50,059 bases of DNA, from positions 1-50,059 of the forward strand of contig MGTO01000118.1 of assembly GCA_001799485.1 (NCBI GenBank), in the 5' to 3' direction. Position numbers and translations under genes: made by a program. The notes beneath the pieces were generated by a model that saw nothing but the letters and a program-made list of their open reading frames with translations, was not told the DNA's origin and made no database searches. Positions 38,540-48,982 of this stretch are shown here, in pieces (within the stretch, counting starts at the first letter, position 1; the number at the start of each line of letters is the position of its first letter). The stretch comes from Desulfuromonadales bacterium GWC2_61_20. Lineage in GTDB: Bacteria; Desulfobacterota; Desulfuromonadia; Desulfuromonadales; UBA2197.

Positions 38540-39277
38540 ATGTCGCGCAAAGGTTGGGTCATAATATTTGCCCTGTTTCTGCTGGCCTTGCCGTCGCCGG
38601 CGTGTGCGGATGTGCTTGCTCCCAAGGTTCTGATGGCCTTTGGTCCCGGTGGTCCCCATCATGTTATCAAGGAATGCGCCGAACTGTACCAGGAGCGGCA
38701 TGGCATTACCGTAGAGGTCTTCAAGGTCAAGCCGGAAGAGCTTCCGCAAAAACTCAGCGAACATGGTGACCTCTATTATGGCGGCGCCGAATACATGCTG
38801 GACGAATTTGCCCGTAACAACCCCGACATCCTCGATCTGAACTCGGCCGTCGATCTGCACCCGCGGCGTATCGGTGTCGTTGTCCGCAAGGGTAATCCTC
38901 TCAATATCAGTGGGGCTGAAGATCTGGGGCAGGAAGGGGTTGATCTGCTGGCGGTCAAACTGGAGAAAATGGAGGAGTTCCATCCTCCGCGGGGCGCCGG
39001 GGAAAAGTTTATCCACCGGGAGGTCTACACCGGGCAGGATGGTGTCGCCGCCTGGCGCGCCATGCCGGAACTCGATGCCTGGGTCACCTACAAATCGTGG
39101 CACGTCACTCTCGAACGCGAATCGGATTTCATCGCCATCCCCGGCGCCGCTGGCATGCGCTACACCCCCATGGCGGTGACCCGGCGGACGCCAAATCGCC
39201 AAACAGCCCTGCACTTCATCGACTTTCTCAAATCTCCCGAGGCCCGCAATATCTTCAAAGAGCATGGCTGGGACTGA
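38540..39277 (+). CDS. periplasmic substrate-binding protein, ModA/oxyanion-binding-like fold (orphan)
   Basis: The ATG at 38540 follows AAAGGTGG. A signal peptide ends ...PSPACA-DV. The C-terminus [22 protein letters not shown] resembles the ModA-type C-terminus. No permease or ATPase gene is adjacent. Confidence 0.7.
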   Translation: MSRKGWVIIFALFLLALPSPACADVLAPKVLMAFGPGGPHHVIKECAELYQERHGITVEVFKVKPEELPQKLSEHGDLYYGGAEYMLDEFARNNPDILDLNSAVDLHPRRIGVVVRKGNPLNISGAEDLGQEGVDLLAVKLEKMEEFHPPRGAGEKFIHREVYTGQDGVAAWRAMPELDAWVTYKSWHVTLERESDFIAIPGAAGMRYTPMAVTRRTPNRQTALHFIDFLKSPEARNIFKEHGWD

Positions 39278-39594
39278 CCTGTCAACCGCCCGCCCCCGGC
39301 AAAAATCGCAAAAAATTCCTCCTCGCTAATAATTCTCCACATCATCATCGGGTCTTTCTCGTATACTTGATCCCGCTTGAGCTCTGGTGGCCCCGGCGAT
39401 TCTGGCGTCCCTCGCGAGGTAACGAACATGGCCCCCCGTCGTTGTTGCGGCATTCTTTTTCCAGGTCTTCGCGTCTCGGGGTGTTTCCTGAATTGGCAGG
39501 CTCCCTGGGACGGGTCCCTATCCGTGGCGCAGCCATTTTCGCGACAACGCCGATCACGAAACAGCCTCCTCTCTCTCACCCTGCCGGCTTGATC

Positions 39595-41589
<1,995 letters not shown>

Positions 41590-41691
41590 AGGGACGTTTC
41601 ACGGCGGGGCCGTGGACGGGGAGTCAGGCTGGAGACCAACCGGCTAAACCCTTAACGGGGGGAGCCCATCAACCAACCCAAGGAGGGGGAC

Positions 41692-42159
41692 ATGAGCAAG
41701 CGCTGGACGCTGGTAGGAGGGAGTTTGCTGGTTTGCGGGGTACTGGCGGCGCAATTGGAGGCCGCACCCCGGCCGGTCGAATGGCGCGGGAGCGGTGGCT
41801 GGGGCGGGGGGCATCCTTATGCCCTCAGTTACAACCGGGGGGCGGCGGTGCGGTTCAGCGGCGAGGTCGTGCGCCTGGAGCGGGTGACGCCGCTGCCGGG
41901 GATGTCGGATGGATATTCCCTGCTGTTGAAGACGCGGGATGAAACGCTGCAAGTCGACCTCGGTCCGGCCTGGTATCTGGAACGTCAGGACTTCTCGCTG
42001 GAGGCGCGGGATGCCGTGGCAGTCGCCGGCTCCCGGGTGCGCGTCGGCGGCCGCAATGTCATCATGGCGACCTCGGTGGTCAAGCGCGACAAGGTCCTTC
42101 TCCTGCGCGAGGCCGACGGTCTCCCCCTCTGGAGCAGCTGGCGCCAGCAAGGCAACTAA
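41692..42159 (+). CDS. hypothetical secreted protein
   Basis: AAGGAGGGGG lies upstream. There is a signal peptide (MSKRWTLVGGSLLVCGVLAAQLEA). The family was not recognised. Confidence 0.6.
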   Translation: MSKRWTLVGGSLLVCGVLAAQLEAAPRPVEWRGSGGWGGGHPYALSYNRGAAVRFSGEVVRLERVTPLPGMSDGYSLLLKTRDETLQVDLGPAWYLERQDFSLEARDAVAVAGSRVRVGGRNVIMATSVVKRDKVLLLREADGLPLWSSWRQQGN

Positions 42160-42170
42160 AGCAAAATAAC

Positions 42171-42198
42171 AGGGGCAGGACGTTGCCGTCCTGCCCCT
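42171..42198. terminator. hairpin terminator between convergent genes (T-tract on the minus-strand side)
   Basis: A 12-bp perfect stem AGGGGCAGGACG/CGTCCTGCCCCT with loop TTGC. On the minus strand it is followed by GTTATTTTGC. Confidence 0.7.
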
Positions 42199-42252
42199 GT
42201 CCCCTCCCGCCCTTCGCTTCCCTTCCCCCCGGGCAAGATGAAAATGGTCGCT

Positions 42253-42684
42253 TCAATCCCCGCCGGAAACCTTGCGGCAGGGTGCCTGAAAATCGAAGAT
42301 GACGTTGGCATCGGGTGCCTCTGGCGGTTGTGAGTTGCCGACCAGCAGACAGTTGAGAATGTGGCGTCCGGATTTGCGATTTTCGATGACACAGAGGAGT
42401 GCGGGAGATGCCTGTCCCTCGGTCGGGCCTCCGGCAAAGTCGATAAAGGCCACCGGCAAAGGCCGTCCAGCAGCCTGGGCCAAGGACGCCGCGAGGGCCT
42501 GCACTTCGCCCGCTTCCGCACCTTCGACCAACAGCCAGTCGATAGAGCTTCCTCTGCCGCGCAGCAGACGAAAGGCCTCAGTCGCATCGCTGCAGTACAT
42601 GAAGACGTGGCGACTCGCTCCACCGGCAAGGAGGTCCAGCCAACTTCGCAGGCGGCCGTTGCGACTGATGACGAGTATGTTCAT
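42253..42684 (-). CDS. degenerate CheY-like receiver-fold protein (pseudo-receiver), translationally coupled to luxI
   Basis: 143 aa, MNILVISRNGRLRSWLDLL...AFRLL...IDWLLVEG.... It has receiver-like beta-alpha periodicity, but the acidic pocket (DD) and the phospho-Asp position are replaced (SRNG; LLVEG). Its ATG (42684..42682) overlaps the luxI TGA (42683..42681) as ATGA. Confidence 0.55.
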   Translation of the reverse strand: MNILVISRNGRLRSWLDLLAGGASRHVFMYCSDATEAFRLLRGRGSSIDWLLVEGAEAGEVQALAASLAQAAGRPLPVAFIDFAGGPTEGQASPALLCVIENRKSGRHILNCLLVGNSQPPEAPDANVIFDFQAPCRKVSGGD

Positions 42685-43307
42685 GCGGCTTCGTCCTTCT
42701 TGGTATCGAAGATCCGGTCGGGGTAGACCACCCGCAGCATTTGTGCGTTGATCTCGATGCGGCAGGCGACGGTGAGGACCTTGCCGATGCGCCGCGCCTT
42801 GCCGTCACCGAAACGCGAGACCGGCATCCCCATGCGCCGCAGCAGTCGCTCGAGGGCGACGCTGGTAACGGTGACGTACTGGCGGATGCCGTTATTGAGG
42901 GCGTAGTCGACCATCGCCTGGAACATGACAAAGGTGACCGGGCTGACGGAGGCCTGAGCGAGATCGCCGTCGTCCGGAGACTCGGCGGCAAAGCGGCTGA
43001 GTTCCCAGATGTCGTCAGCGGCCGGCGCCGGCTCATCCTGCAGCAGTTCGGGGAAAGTATTCCTGAGCATATATGGCCCGGTGGTCGGCAGCAGCCGCCA
43101 ACACCCGGCAACGGCACCAACGCGGTTGCGAGCGACCATATAGACGGGATTGAGTTCATCGAAACCATCGATCTCGCGACCATCGACGGAATTCACCTCC
43201 CAACCGAGCCGGTCATGAAAGACCTGATGGCGGAAGCGAAACATGCCGTCGAGGACTTCGGGGGAGGATTGCAGTTCATTTGCGGCAGCGACCAGAATAG
43301 TGTTCAT
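42681..43307 (-). CDS. acyl-homoserine-lactone synthase (LuxI family)
   Basis: 208 aa with FRFRHQVFHDRLGWEV...DGREIDGFD...GCWRLLPTTGPYML...WELSRFA, which are the conserved LuxI-family blocks. GAGGAG SD lies upstream. Confidence 0.9.
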   Translation of the reverse strand: MNTILVAAANELQSSPEVLDGMFRFRHQVFHDRLGWEVNSVDGREIDGFDELNPVYMVARNRVGAVAGCWRLLPTTGPYMLRNTFPELLQDEPAPAADDIWELSRFAAESPDDGDLAQASVSPVTFVMFQAMVDYALNNGIRQYVTVTSVALERLLRRMGMPVSRFGDGKARRIGKVLTVACRIEINAQMLRVVYPDRIFDTKKDEAA

Positions 43308-43369
43308 TGTCGTCTCCTCGGCAAGGGTAGCCTGCGACAGGAGTAGACAACGGATTGGGCCGGGTCGGT

Positions 43370-43389
43370 AACTGTAAGAACTGACAGGG
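43370..43389 (-). promoter_or_regulatory. lux-box-like palindrome upstream of the luxI homologue
   Basis: The minus strand reads CCCTGTCAGTTCTTACAGTT. CTGT-N8-ACAG has the same spacing as the Vibrio lux box ACCTGTAGGATCGTACAGGT (14 of 20 identical by hand alignment). It is centred about 72 nt upstream of the luxI ATG. Confidence 0.6.
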
Positions 43390-43430
43390 TGGGGAAGTGG
43401 GAAGGGGTGGCTGCGGAACGGAGCGGGAAA

Positions 43431-44177
43431 TCAGTTGATCTGGGGGGTAATCAGCCCGGTGGCGACGGCGCGGGCGACGGCGTGCTGGCGGCTGCAGGCG
43501 GAGAGCTTTTCCTGGGCATTCTGCAGGTGGAAAATGATGGTGCGCTCGGAGATGCCGAGAATCTGCGAGGTCTCCCAGGAGGTCTTGCCTTCGGCCGCCC
43601 AGAGAAGACACTCGCTTTCGCGGGTCGTCAGTGTCCCTCCTGTCGCCGGCAGGGTGATGACTTCAAGGACGCGGCGGACATTTTCATGGAAATATGTCGT
43701 CAAGAGGTGAAGGGTGGGGAGATGTTCCTCGATCTTTTCCCTTTGCAGGGGGCTGCTGTTGGAGGAAGCAAAATTGAGCATGGCCAGTTCTCCCCGGCTG
43801 CCATGGAGGGGGATGGTGACCCCGTGGACCAGACCAAAGTCGCGGGATTCTTTCATCATGGAGCGGATGCGCGGATCGGCCCCTTCCTGCGGGACTATTT
43901 CGGCCCAAGGCAGCGGGGTGACGGAGTGCAGGGAATGGTGGACGGTGGGGTCGATGGAAGCGTAACCGAGGGTGTTGTAATGGTCGCGCCACGGTTGCGG
44001 GTAACCGCTGATGAAAATGATTTTGGGGGCGACAAAAGAGACGGGGACGCTGGTGGCGTAAAGAAAGTTATCGAGATCGCAGCTTTCACAGATGCGGCAG
44101 GCGACATCATGCAGCGTCGCAACGGAATCGGCCGTGGACAAAGACTCGATGAGTTCATTGCGAAGGTGGCGGTCCAT
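43431..44177 (-). CDS. LuxR-family AHL-responsive transcriptional regulator
   Basis: The ATG at 44177 has GGAGGG 5 nt upstream. The autoinducer-binding domain residues are present (PQPWRDHYNTLGYASIDP...PLPW), with a C-terminal LuxR HTH (LTTRESECLLWAAEGKTSWETSQILGISERTIIFHLQNA). Confidence 0.9.
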   Translation of the reverse strand: MDRHLRNELIESLSTADSVATLHDVACRICESCDLDNFLYATSVPVSFVAPKIIFISGYPQPWRDHYNTLGYASIDPTVHHSLHSVTPLPWAEIVPQEGADPRIRSMMKESRDFGLVHGVTIPLHGSRGELAMLNFASSNSSPLQREKIEEHLPTLHLLTTYFHENVRRVLEVITLPATGGTLTTRESECLLWAAEGKTSWETSQILGISERTIIFHLQNAQEKLSACSRQHAVARAVATGLITPQIN

Positions 44178-44340
44178 TTTTCCCTCCACGGTGCTGCTGT
44201 GCTGCCTGTATAATCCCTAATCCTGCATGTGTCGTATGCTAGTGGGTGCAAAGGCGGGACGCAAGAGAAATTACATGAGAAAAAGCAAATCAGATCAACG
44301 ATTTTGACTTGATGGCCGAGACCGGAGTTGAGCTTGCAGG

Positions 44341-44369
44341 TTGTCAAGGCCTCCCCGCTCGGGTAAGAT
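44341..44369 (+). promoter_or_regulatory. candidate sigma-70 promoter for the UbiD-family gene
   Basis: TTGTCA (44341-44346), a 17-nt spacer, then TAAGAT (44364-44369), 43 nt upstream of the ATG at 44412. Confidence 0.4.
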
Positions 44370-44411
44370 GCGGCACGTTCAGTGGCCATTCACCAACGCA
44401 GGAGCGGCAGC

Positions 44412-46253
44412 ATGGGGTATCGCAATCTGGCAGCAGCCGTCAGGGACTTGGAAGCGACGGGACAACTCCGCCGCATCGAGGCGGAGGTCAGTCCCGAGCT
44501 GGAGGTTGGGTCGATTCAACGCCGAGTCTTCCAGGCCGGCGGCCCGGCCCTCCTCTTTACCCGGGTCAAGGGATGCGACTTTCCCATGCTCGGCAATCTC
44601 TTCGGCACCATGGAGCGCACCCGCTATCTCTTTCGCGATACCCTTGCCACCATCGAGCGTCTGGTGGCACTCAAGGTCAGCCCCGGCGAGCTGCGGCAGC
44701 ATCCGGCCTGGGTACCCGGCCTGTTGCGCGGTGTCAGCCACCTCTTCCCCCGCAAGGTTGGGCGCGGCCCGGTTTTGGAACGGACCACGACTCTCGATCG
44801 CCTCCCCCAGCTCAAGAGCTGGCCCCAGGACGGCGGTGCCTTCATCACCCTGCCCCTGGTCTATACCGAGAGCCCCGCCCGACCCGGGCTGGCGCGCGCC
44901 AATCTTGGCATGTACCGGGTGCAGATTTCGGGCGGCGCGTATGCCCCGCAACGCGAGGCGGGGATGCACTACCAGCTCCATCGCGGGATCGGCGTTCATC
45001 ATGCCGAAGCCATCGCCTCCGGGGCGCCGCTGCGGGTCAACGTCTTTGTCGGCGGCCCGCCGAGCCTGACGCTGGCCGCGGTCATGCCGCTGCCGGAAGG
45101 GATGAGCGAACTCGCCTTCGCCGGCCTGCTCGGCGGCCACCGTCTCCCCATGGTCGTCATCCCCGGCCGTCCGGCCATTGCCGCCGAAGCCGACTTCTGC
45201 CTGGTCGGGACCATCGACCCGCAGCGCACCCTCCCCGAGGGTCCCTTCGGCGATCATCTCGGCTACTACAGCCTGGTCCACGATTTTCCGGTGTTGCAGG
45301 TCGAGCAGATCTACCACCGCCGCGATGCCATCTGGCCCTTTACCACCGTCGGCCGTCCGCCCCAGGAAGACACCATCTTCGGCAACTTCATTCACGAGCT
45401 GACCGCGCCCCTCATCGCCTCCGTCCTCCCCGGCGTCGCCGCCGTCCATGCCGTCGATGTCGCCGGGGTGCACCCCCTCCTCCTCGCCCTCGGTAGCGAG
45501 CGCTACCTCTCCTATGAGGCGCCGCGCCGTCCACGGGAGCTCCTTAGTCAAGCCAACGCCATTCTCGGCCAGGGACAGCTCTCCCTCGCCAAGTTCCTTT
45601 TCATCGCCGCGCGGGAGGACGCGCCGGAGCTGGACCTGCACGATCTCCCCGGCTTCTTCCGGCACCTGCTGCAACGGGTCGACTGGCGCCGCGACCTCCA
45701 CTTCCAGACGGCGACGACGATCGATACCCTCGATTACAGCGGCAGTGGCCTCAACGAGGGCTCCAAGGTCGTCATCGCCGCCGCCGGCCCGGTGCTGCGA
45801 ACCCTGCCGGAAGCGGTGCCGCCGGGGTTGACCCTGCCCCTCGGTTTCGGCCGGCCGCAACTCGCCCTCCCCGGAATTCTCGTCGTCCAGGGGCCGCAAC
45901 ACAGTATGCCCAGGGGGACGCAGGCGACGGAGGTGGAAGCCTTCTGCGCCGCCTTCGACGCACAAGCGCCGATCAACGACTTTCCCCTCATTGTTGTCGT
46001 TGACGACAGCGCCTTTACCGCGGCGACCCTGCGCAATTTTCTCTGGGTCACCTTCACCCGGGCCGATCCCGCCGTCGATCTTTATGGCATCGGGGTGCTG
46101 CAGCAGAACAAACATTGGGGATGTCGCGGCGCCTTGGTCATCGACGCCCGCAGCAAGGCGCACCACGCCCCACCCCTTGAAGAGGATGAGGCGACCGAGC
46201 GGCGCATCGACGAAATGGCGGTGGCGGGCGGGATGCTGGAAGGGATTGTTTAG
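44412..46253 (+). CDS. UbiD-family (prenylated-FMN dependent) decarboxylase, long form
   Basis: The ATG at 44412 follows AGGAGCGG. MGYRNLAAAVRDLEATGQLRRIEAEV...GGPALLFTRVKG...GMYRVQI...HHAEA are UbiD-like blocks. No ubiX gene is adjacent. Confidence 0.8.
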   Translation: MGYRNLAAAVRDLEATGQLRRIEAEVSPELEVGSIQRRVFQAGGPALLFTRVKGCDFPMLGNLFGTMERTRYLFRDTLATIERLVALKVSPGELRQHPAWVPGLLRGVSHLFPRKVGRGPVLERTTTLDRLPQLKSWPQDGGAFITLPLVYTESPARPGLARANLGMYRVQISGGAYAPQREAGMHYQLHRGIGVHHAEAIASGAPLRVNVFVGGPPSLTLAAVMPLPEGMSELAFAGLLGGHRLPMVVIPGRPAIAAEADFCLVGTIDPQRTLPEGPFGDHLGYYSLVHDFPVLQVEQIYHRRDAIWPFTTVGRPPQEDTIFGNFIHELTAPLIASVLPGVAAVHAVDVAGVHPLLLALGSERYLSYEAPRRPRELLSQANAILGQGQLSLAKFLFIAAREDAPELDLHDLPGFFRHLLQRVDWRRDLHFQTATTIDTLDYSGSGLNEGSKVVIAAAGPVLRTLPEAVPPGLTLPLGFGRPQLALPGILVVQGPQHSMPRGTQATEVEAFCAAFDAQAPINDFPLIVVVDDSAFTAATLRNFLWVTFTRADPAVDLYGIGVLQQNKHWGCRGALVIDARSKAHHAPPLEEDEATERRIDEMAVAGGMLEGIV

Positions 46254-46308
46254 GCGGGGTTGTGCCGGAACCGGCGCGCGGTAGGTGCACCGGTTTCCGG
46301 TTGAGCTG

Positions 46309-46506
46309 TCAGCCCGGGGTTTTGGTCAGGCAGTCGCCGCGCCAGCAGCAGTTGTCCCACGGGCAGTCGAAACGCCAGGCCGAACCGAAGCAATCCTGGT
46401 TCCCCTCGGCCCGCTGGATGGTGCGCACCATATCGCCCTTGCGCATCCGTGCAGTGACTGCTACGCCGGCCGCTTTGGCTCTGGCTCTTACTTCTTCGAC
46501 ATTCAT
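46309..46506 (-). CDS. 65-aa protein: Rho_N/SAP-like helix-hairpin plus Cys/Trp-rich tail
   Basis: GGAGGAGGAAACA lies upstream of the ATG at 46506. Sequence: MNVEEVRARAKAAGVAVTARMRKGDMVRTIQRAEG, then CFGSAWRFDCPWDNCCWRGDC. Confidence 0.65.
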   Translation of the reverse strand: MNVEEVRARAKAAGVAVTARMRKGDMVRTIQRAEGNQDCFGSAWRFDCPWDNCCWRGDCLTKTPG

Positions 46507-46678
46507 TGTTTCCTCCTCCGTGCGAGTGAAGCGACGTTGCCTGGTATCGAGGCCGTTAGGAAGATATAACGGTCATTGCGGATTTGTCAAAGGGGCCGCA
46601 GGTTTTTAAGTGTTGCCATCGTGATATTCTTTTTCGCTCGGCTTTGAACATGCACAGTTTTCGGGAAGGATCGAAGTT

Positions 46679-47602
46679 ATGTCCGTAAAGAATTTTCAGC
46701 TGGTCGACGCCATCGGCAATACACCGCTGGTGGAGCTGAGCCGCTTGCAAAGCAACCCGCGCGTGCGCATTCTCGCCAAACTCGAGGGGAACAACCCCGG
46801 CGGCTCGGTCAAGGACCGGCCGGCGTGGTGGATGATTCGCCAGGCCGAGACACAGAGTCTCCTCGGGGACGGACTGACCATCCTCGAGCCGACCTCGGGG
46901 AATACCGGTATCGCCCTGGCGATGATTGGCGTCTCCCGCGGTTACCGGGTCAAACTGGTGATGCCGGCCTGTGTCAGCGTCGAGCGCCGCGCCGTCCTCG
47001 AGGCCTACGGCGCCGAGCTCGTCCTCTCCCCGGCCGAAGAAGGGACCGATGGCGCCATTCGCCTCGCCCACAACATCCATGCCGCCGAGCCGGGGCGCTA
47101 CTACATGCCCAATCAGTACGCCAATCCGGCCAACCCCCTGGCACACTACGAAAGCACCGGCCCCGAGATCTGGGCCCAGACCGGCGGCAGCGTCACCACC
47201 TTCGTCGCCGGCATGGGCACCTCCGGCACCCTCATGGGGGTTGGCCGCTACCTGCGCGAGCGGAACCCGGCCATCCACATCGTCGGCATCGAACCGCGCC
47301 TCGGGCACAAGGTCCAGGGTCTGAAAAACATGCGCGAGGCGATCGTGCCGGAGATCTACGATGCCTCCGCCCTCGACGAAAAGTTTACCGTCGATGACGA
47401 GCCGGCCTTCGCGACCGCCCGCCAGCTGGCGGTGCAGGAGGGGATCTTTGCCGGCATGTCGAGCGGCGCGGCGGTGGCCGGCGCCCTCAGCGTCGCCGCC
47501 GGGATGAGCGAAGGGACGATCGTCACCCTCCTCCCCGATCGCGGCGACCGCTACCTCAGCACCACCCTCTTCCGTTCCGTCTGCGCCTGCTGTCCCCCCT
47601 GA
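46679..47602 (+). CDS. cysteine synthase (O-acetylserine sulfhydrylase, CysK/CysM family)
   Basis: IGNTPLVEL...LEGNNPGGSVKDR (PLP-Lys), GNTGIALA and GMGTSGTLMGVG. 307 aa. Confidence 0.9.
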   Translation: MSVKNFQLVDAIGNTPLVELSRLQSNPRVRILAKLEGNNPGGSVKDRPAWWMIRQAETQSLLGDGLTILEPTSGNTGIALAMIGVSRGYRVKLVMPACVSVERRAVLEAYGAELVLSPAEEGTDGAIRLAHNIHAAEPGRYYMPNQYANPANPLAHYESTGPEIWAQTGGSVTTFVAGMGTSGTLMGVGRYLRERNPAIHIVGIEPRLGHKVQGLKNMREAIVPEIYDASALDEKFTVDDEPAFATARQLAVQEGIFAGMSSGAAVAGALSVAAGMSEGTIVTLLPDRGDRYLSTTLFRSVCACCPP

Positions 47603-47681
47603 TATGGCGATTCCCGAACTCCTGCACCGTCCCGCCCCCCACGGCTGGATCCTCGGATCCATTCTAGTATTACTGGAAATG

Positions 47682-47706
47682 AAAAAACCGCTCCGCGGTT
47701 TTTTTG
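47682..47706. terminator. bidirectional Rho-independent terminator
   Basis: AAAAAACCGC-TCC-GCGGTTTTTTT lies between convergent genes. Confidence 0.75.
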
Positions 47707-47725
47707 CTGTTTCGGGTGACAGACT

Positions 47726-48355
47726 TCAGCGGGGGCTGCGCAGCTCGAGCCGTTCCGCGACGTAGTTCATGGCGTTACCGCGCAGGATCGGGACACGTCG
47801 GGCCGTGACCGCCACGGTGCTGCCGACCAGCTTGTCCCAGTCGTCGACGGTGACCGGCAGGTCGTCGCTAAAGATGGCGGTGAAGTCGTTGGGGATGAAG
47901 ATCGCCAGCGGTTCCATCCCGGCGGCATAGCGGACGGAGATCAGGCGGGAGTACTTCATCGAGCCGGGACCGATGAGGAGGACGGTGCCGACAATGGGGT
48001 TGGGGAGTTGGCGATTCTTCTCGGCGATGACCACGGCTTCCAGTCGCAGCACCTCCAGTTTGGTCCGCCCCGAGCGTTCCAGCACCTCGCGATAGGCGAC
48101 CCGCACCTGGTCACCCTCCTGCGAGCGGAATTCGGCGGGGAGGTACTGGGTCATTTCGCCGGTGCGGTAGGTCGCCTCGCCGCCGGTCTCGCTGCGCAAC
48201 ACAAAGCTGCCGCGACTCTGCTTGACGACGATCCCGGCGATATTCTTGGCCCCGCGCTCATGCAGTTGCGCCTCGGTGTAGATCGTCGGGGCGCAGGCGG
48301 TCAGCATGAAAATGAGCAGGAATATTCCCCATCGCTGCAATTGCATGGCTGCCAT
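47726..48355 (-). CDS. hypothetical lipoprotein
   Basis: The ATG at 48355 gives MAAMQLQRWGIFLLIFMLTAC, with lipobox LTAC. The upstream 59 codons of ORF ..48532 are not signal-peptide-like. Confidence 0.65.
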   Translation of the reverse strand: MAAMQLQRWGIFLLIFMLTACAPTIYTEAQLHERGAKNIAGIVVKQSRGSFVLRSETGGEATYRTGEMTQYLPAEFRSQEGDQVRVAYREVLERSGRTKLEVLRLEAVVIAEKNRQLPNPIVGTVLLIGPGSMKYSRLISVRYAAGMEPLAIFIPNDFTAIFSDDLPVTVDDWDKLVGSTVAVTARRVPILRGNAMNYVAERLELRSPR

Positions 48356-48703
48356 CGATTTCTCCGTGGCCAAGGGGCCTGCACGATCTGCCTTGTGGGA
48401 TAAGTAATATCCTGCTTTGGGAGGAATGCAACGCCGGGGTGGGCGGGGGTGGGATGTTGGGGCGAGGAGAAGTCGACGGCGGGGAACGATATCATTGTGT
48501 TGGTGGCAGATCCCGATAGCGGCAACGTCCACGACGCCGAGGCAAACCCCTATGAAACCTTTGGCGACGATGGAGACGGGAGAACTGGCGGCGTACCTCT
48601 GTCAGCACCTGAGGGATTCCGGATAAAGGCGCAGGGCAAGAGGCAAGGTTGAGAATTCGCCGAGCGCCCAATGGTAGGAATTCCCCTCCAGCGAAGAAAA
48701 AGG

Positions 48704-48731
48704 TTGCATTTTAATATTAAGTCTGTATAGT
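48704..48731 (+). promoter_or_regulatory. candidate sigma-70 promoter of the DEAD-box helicase gene
   Basis: TTGCAT (48704-48709), a 16-nt spacer, then TATAGT (48726-48731). This implies a 5' leader of about 245 nt. Confidence 0.45.
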
Positions 48732-48982
48732 ACGCCCCGACTCGTCACACCGCCGGCGCGTTTTTCCCCTTGCCGGCGTTTTCATCGTTCACTGACTGAC
48801 CCCCCCTGCATTTGGTTCCCCTCGAATCGGTGGCAGAGCACTTCAGGTTGGCGACGATGCATTGCTGCCAGTCTTGTTGTGCGGCGCATTTTTGTGCCCG
48901 AGACAGTCGTTTGTCGCGGCCGCCTGCACCCCACCGTTATCGACCGATGCGCCTTTATGGCGTCATCGGCAAAGGAACATCC

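Noticed and set aside
39097-39594. 166-codon upstream extension of uvrB; also a search for a LexA/SOS box in the uvrB upstream region
   Set aside because: The extension overlaps the end of the binding-protein gene, and the conserved UvrB N-terminus starts at 39595. I could not find the GGTT-N2-C-N4-G-N3-ACC type Geobacter LexA site or a CTGT-N8-ACAG site.
44309-45496. 395-aa alternative-frame ORF overlapping the UbiD-family gene
   Set aside because: It is a Pro/Arg/Gly-rich out-of-frame translation. The UbiD frame (44412..46253) carries the family motifs and an SD.
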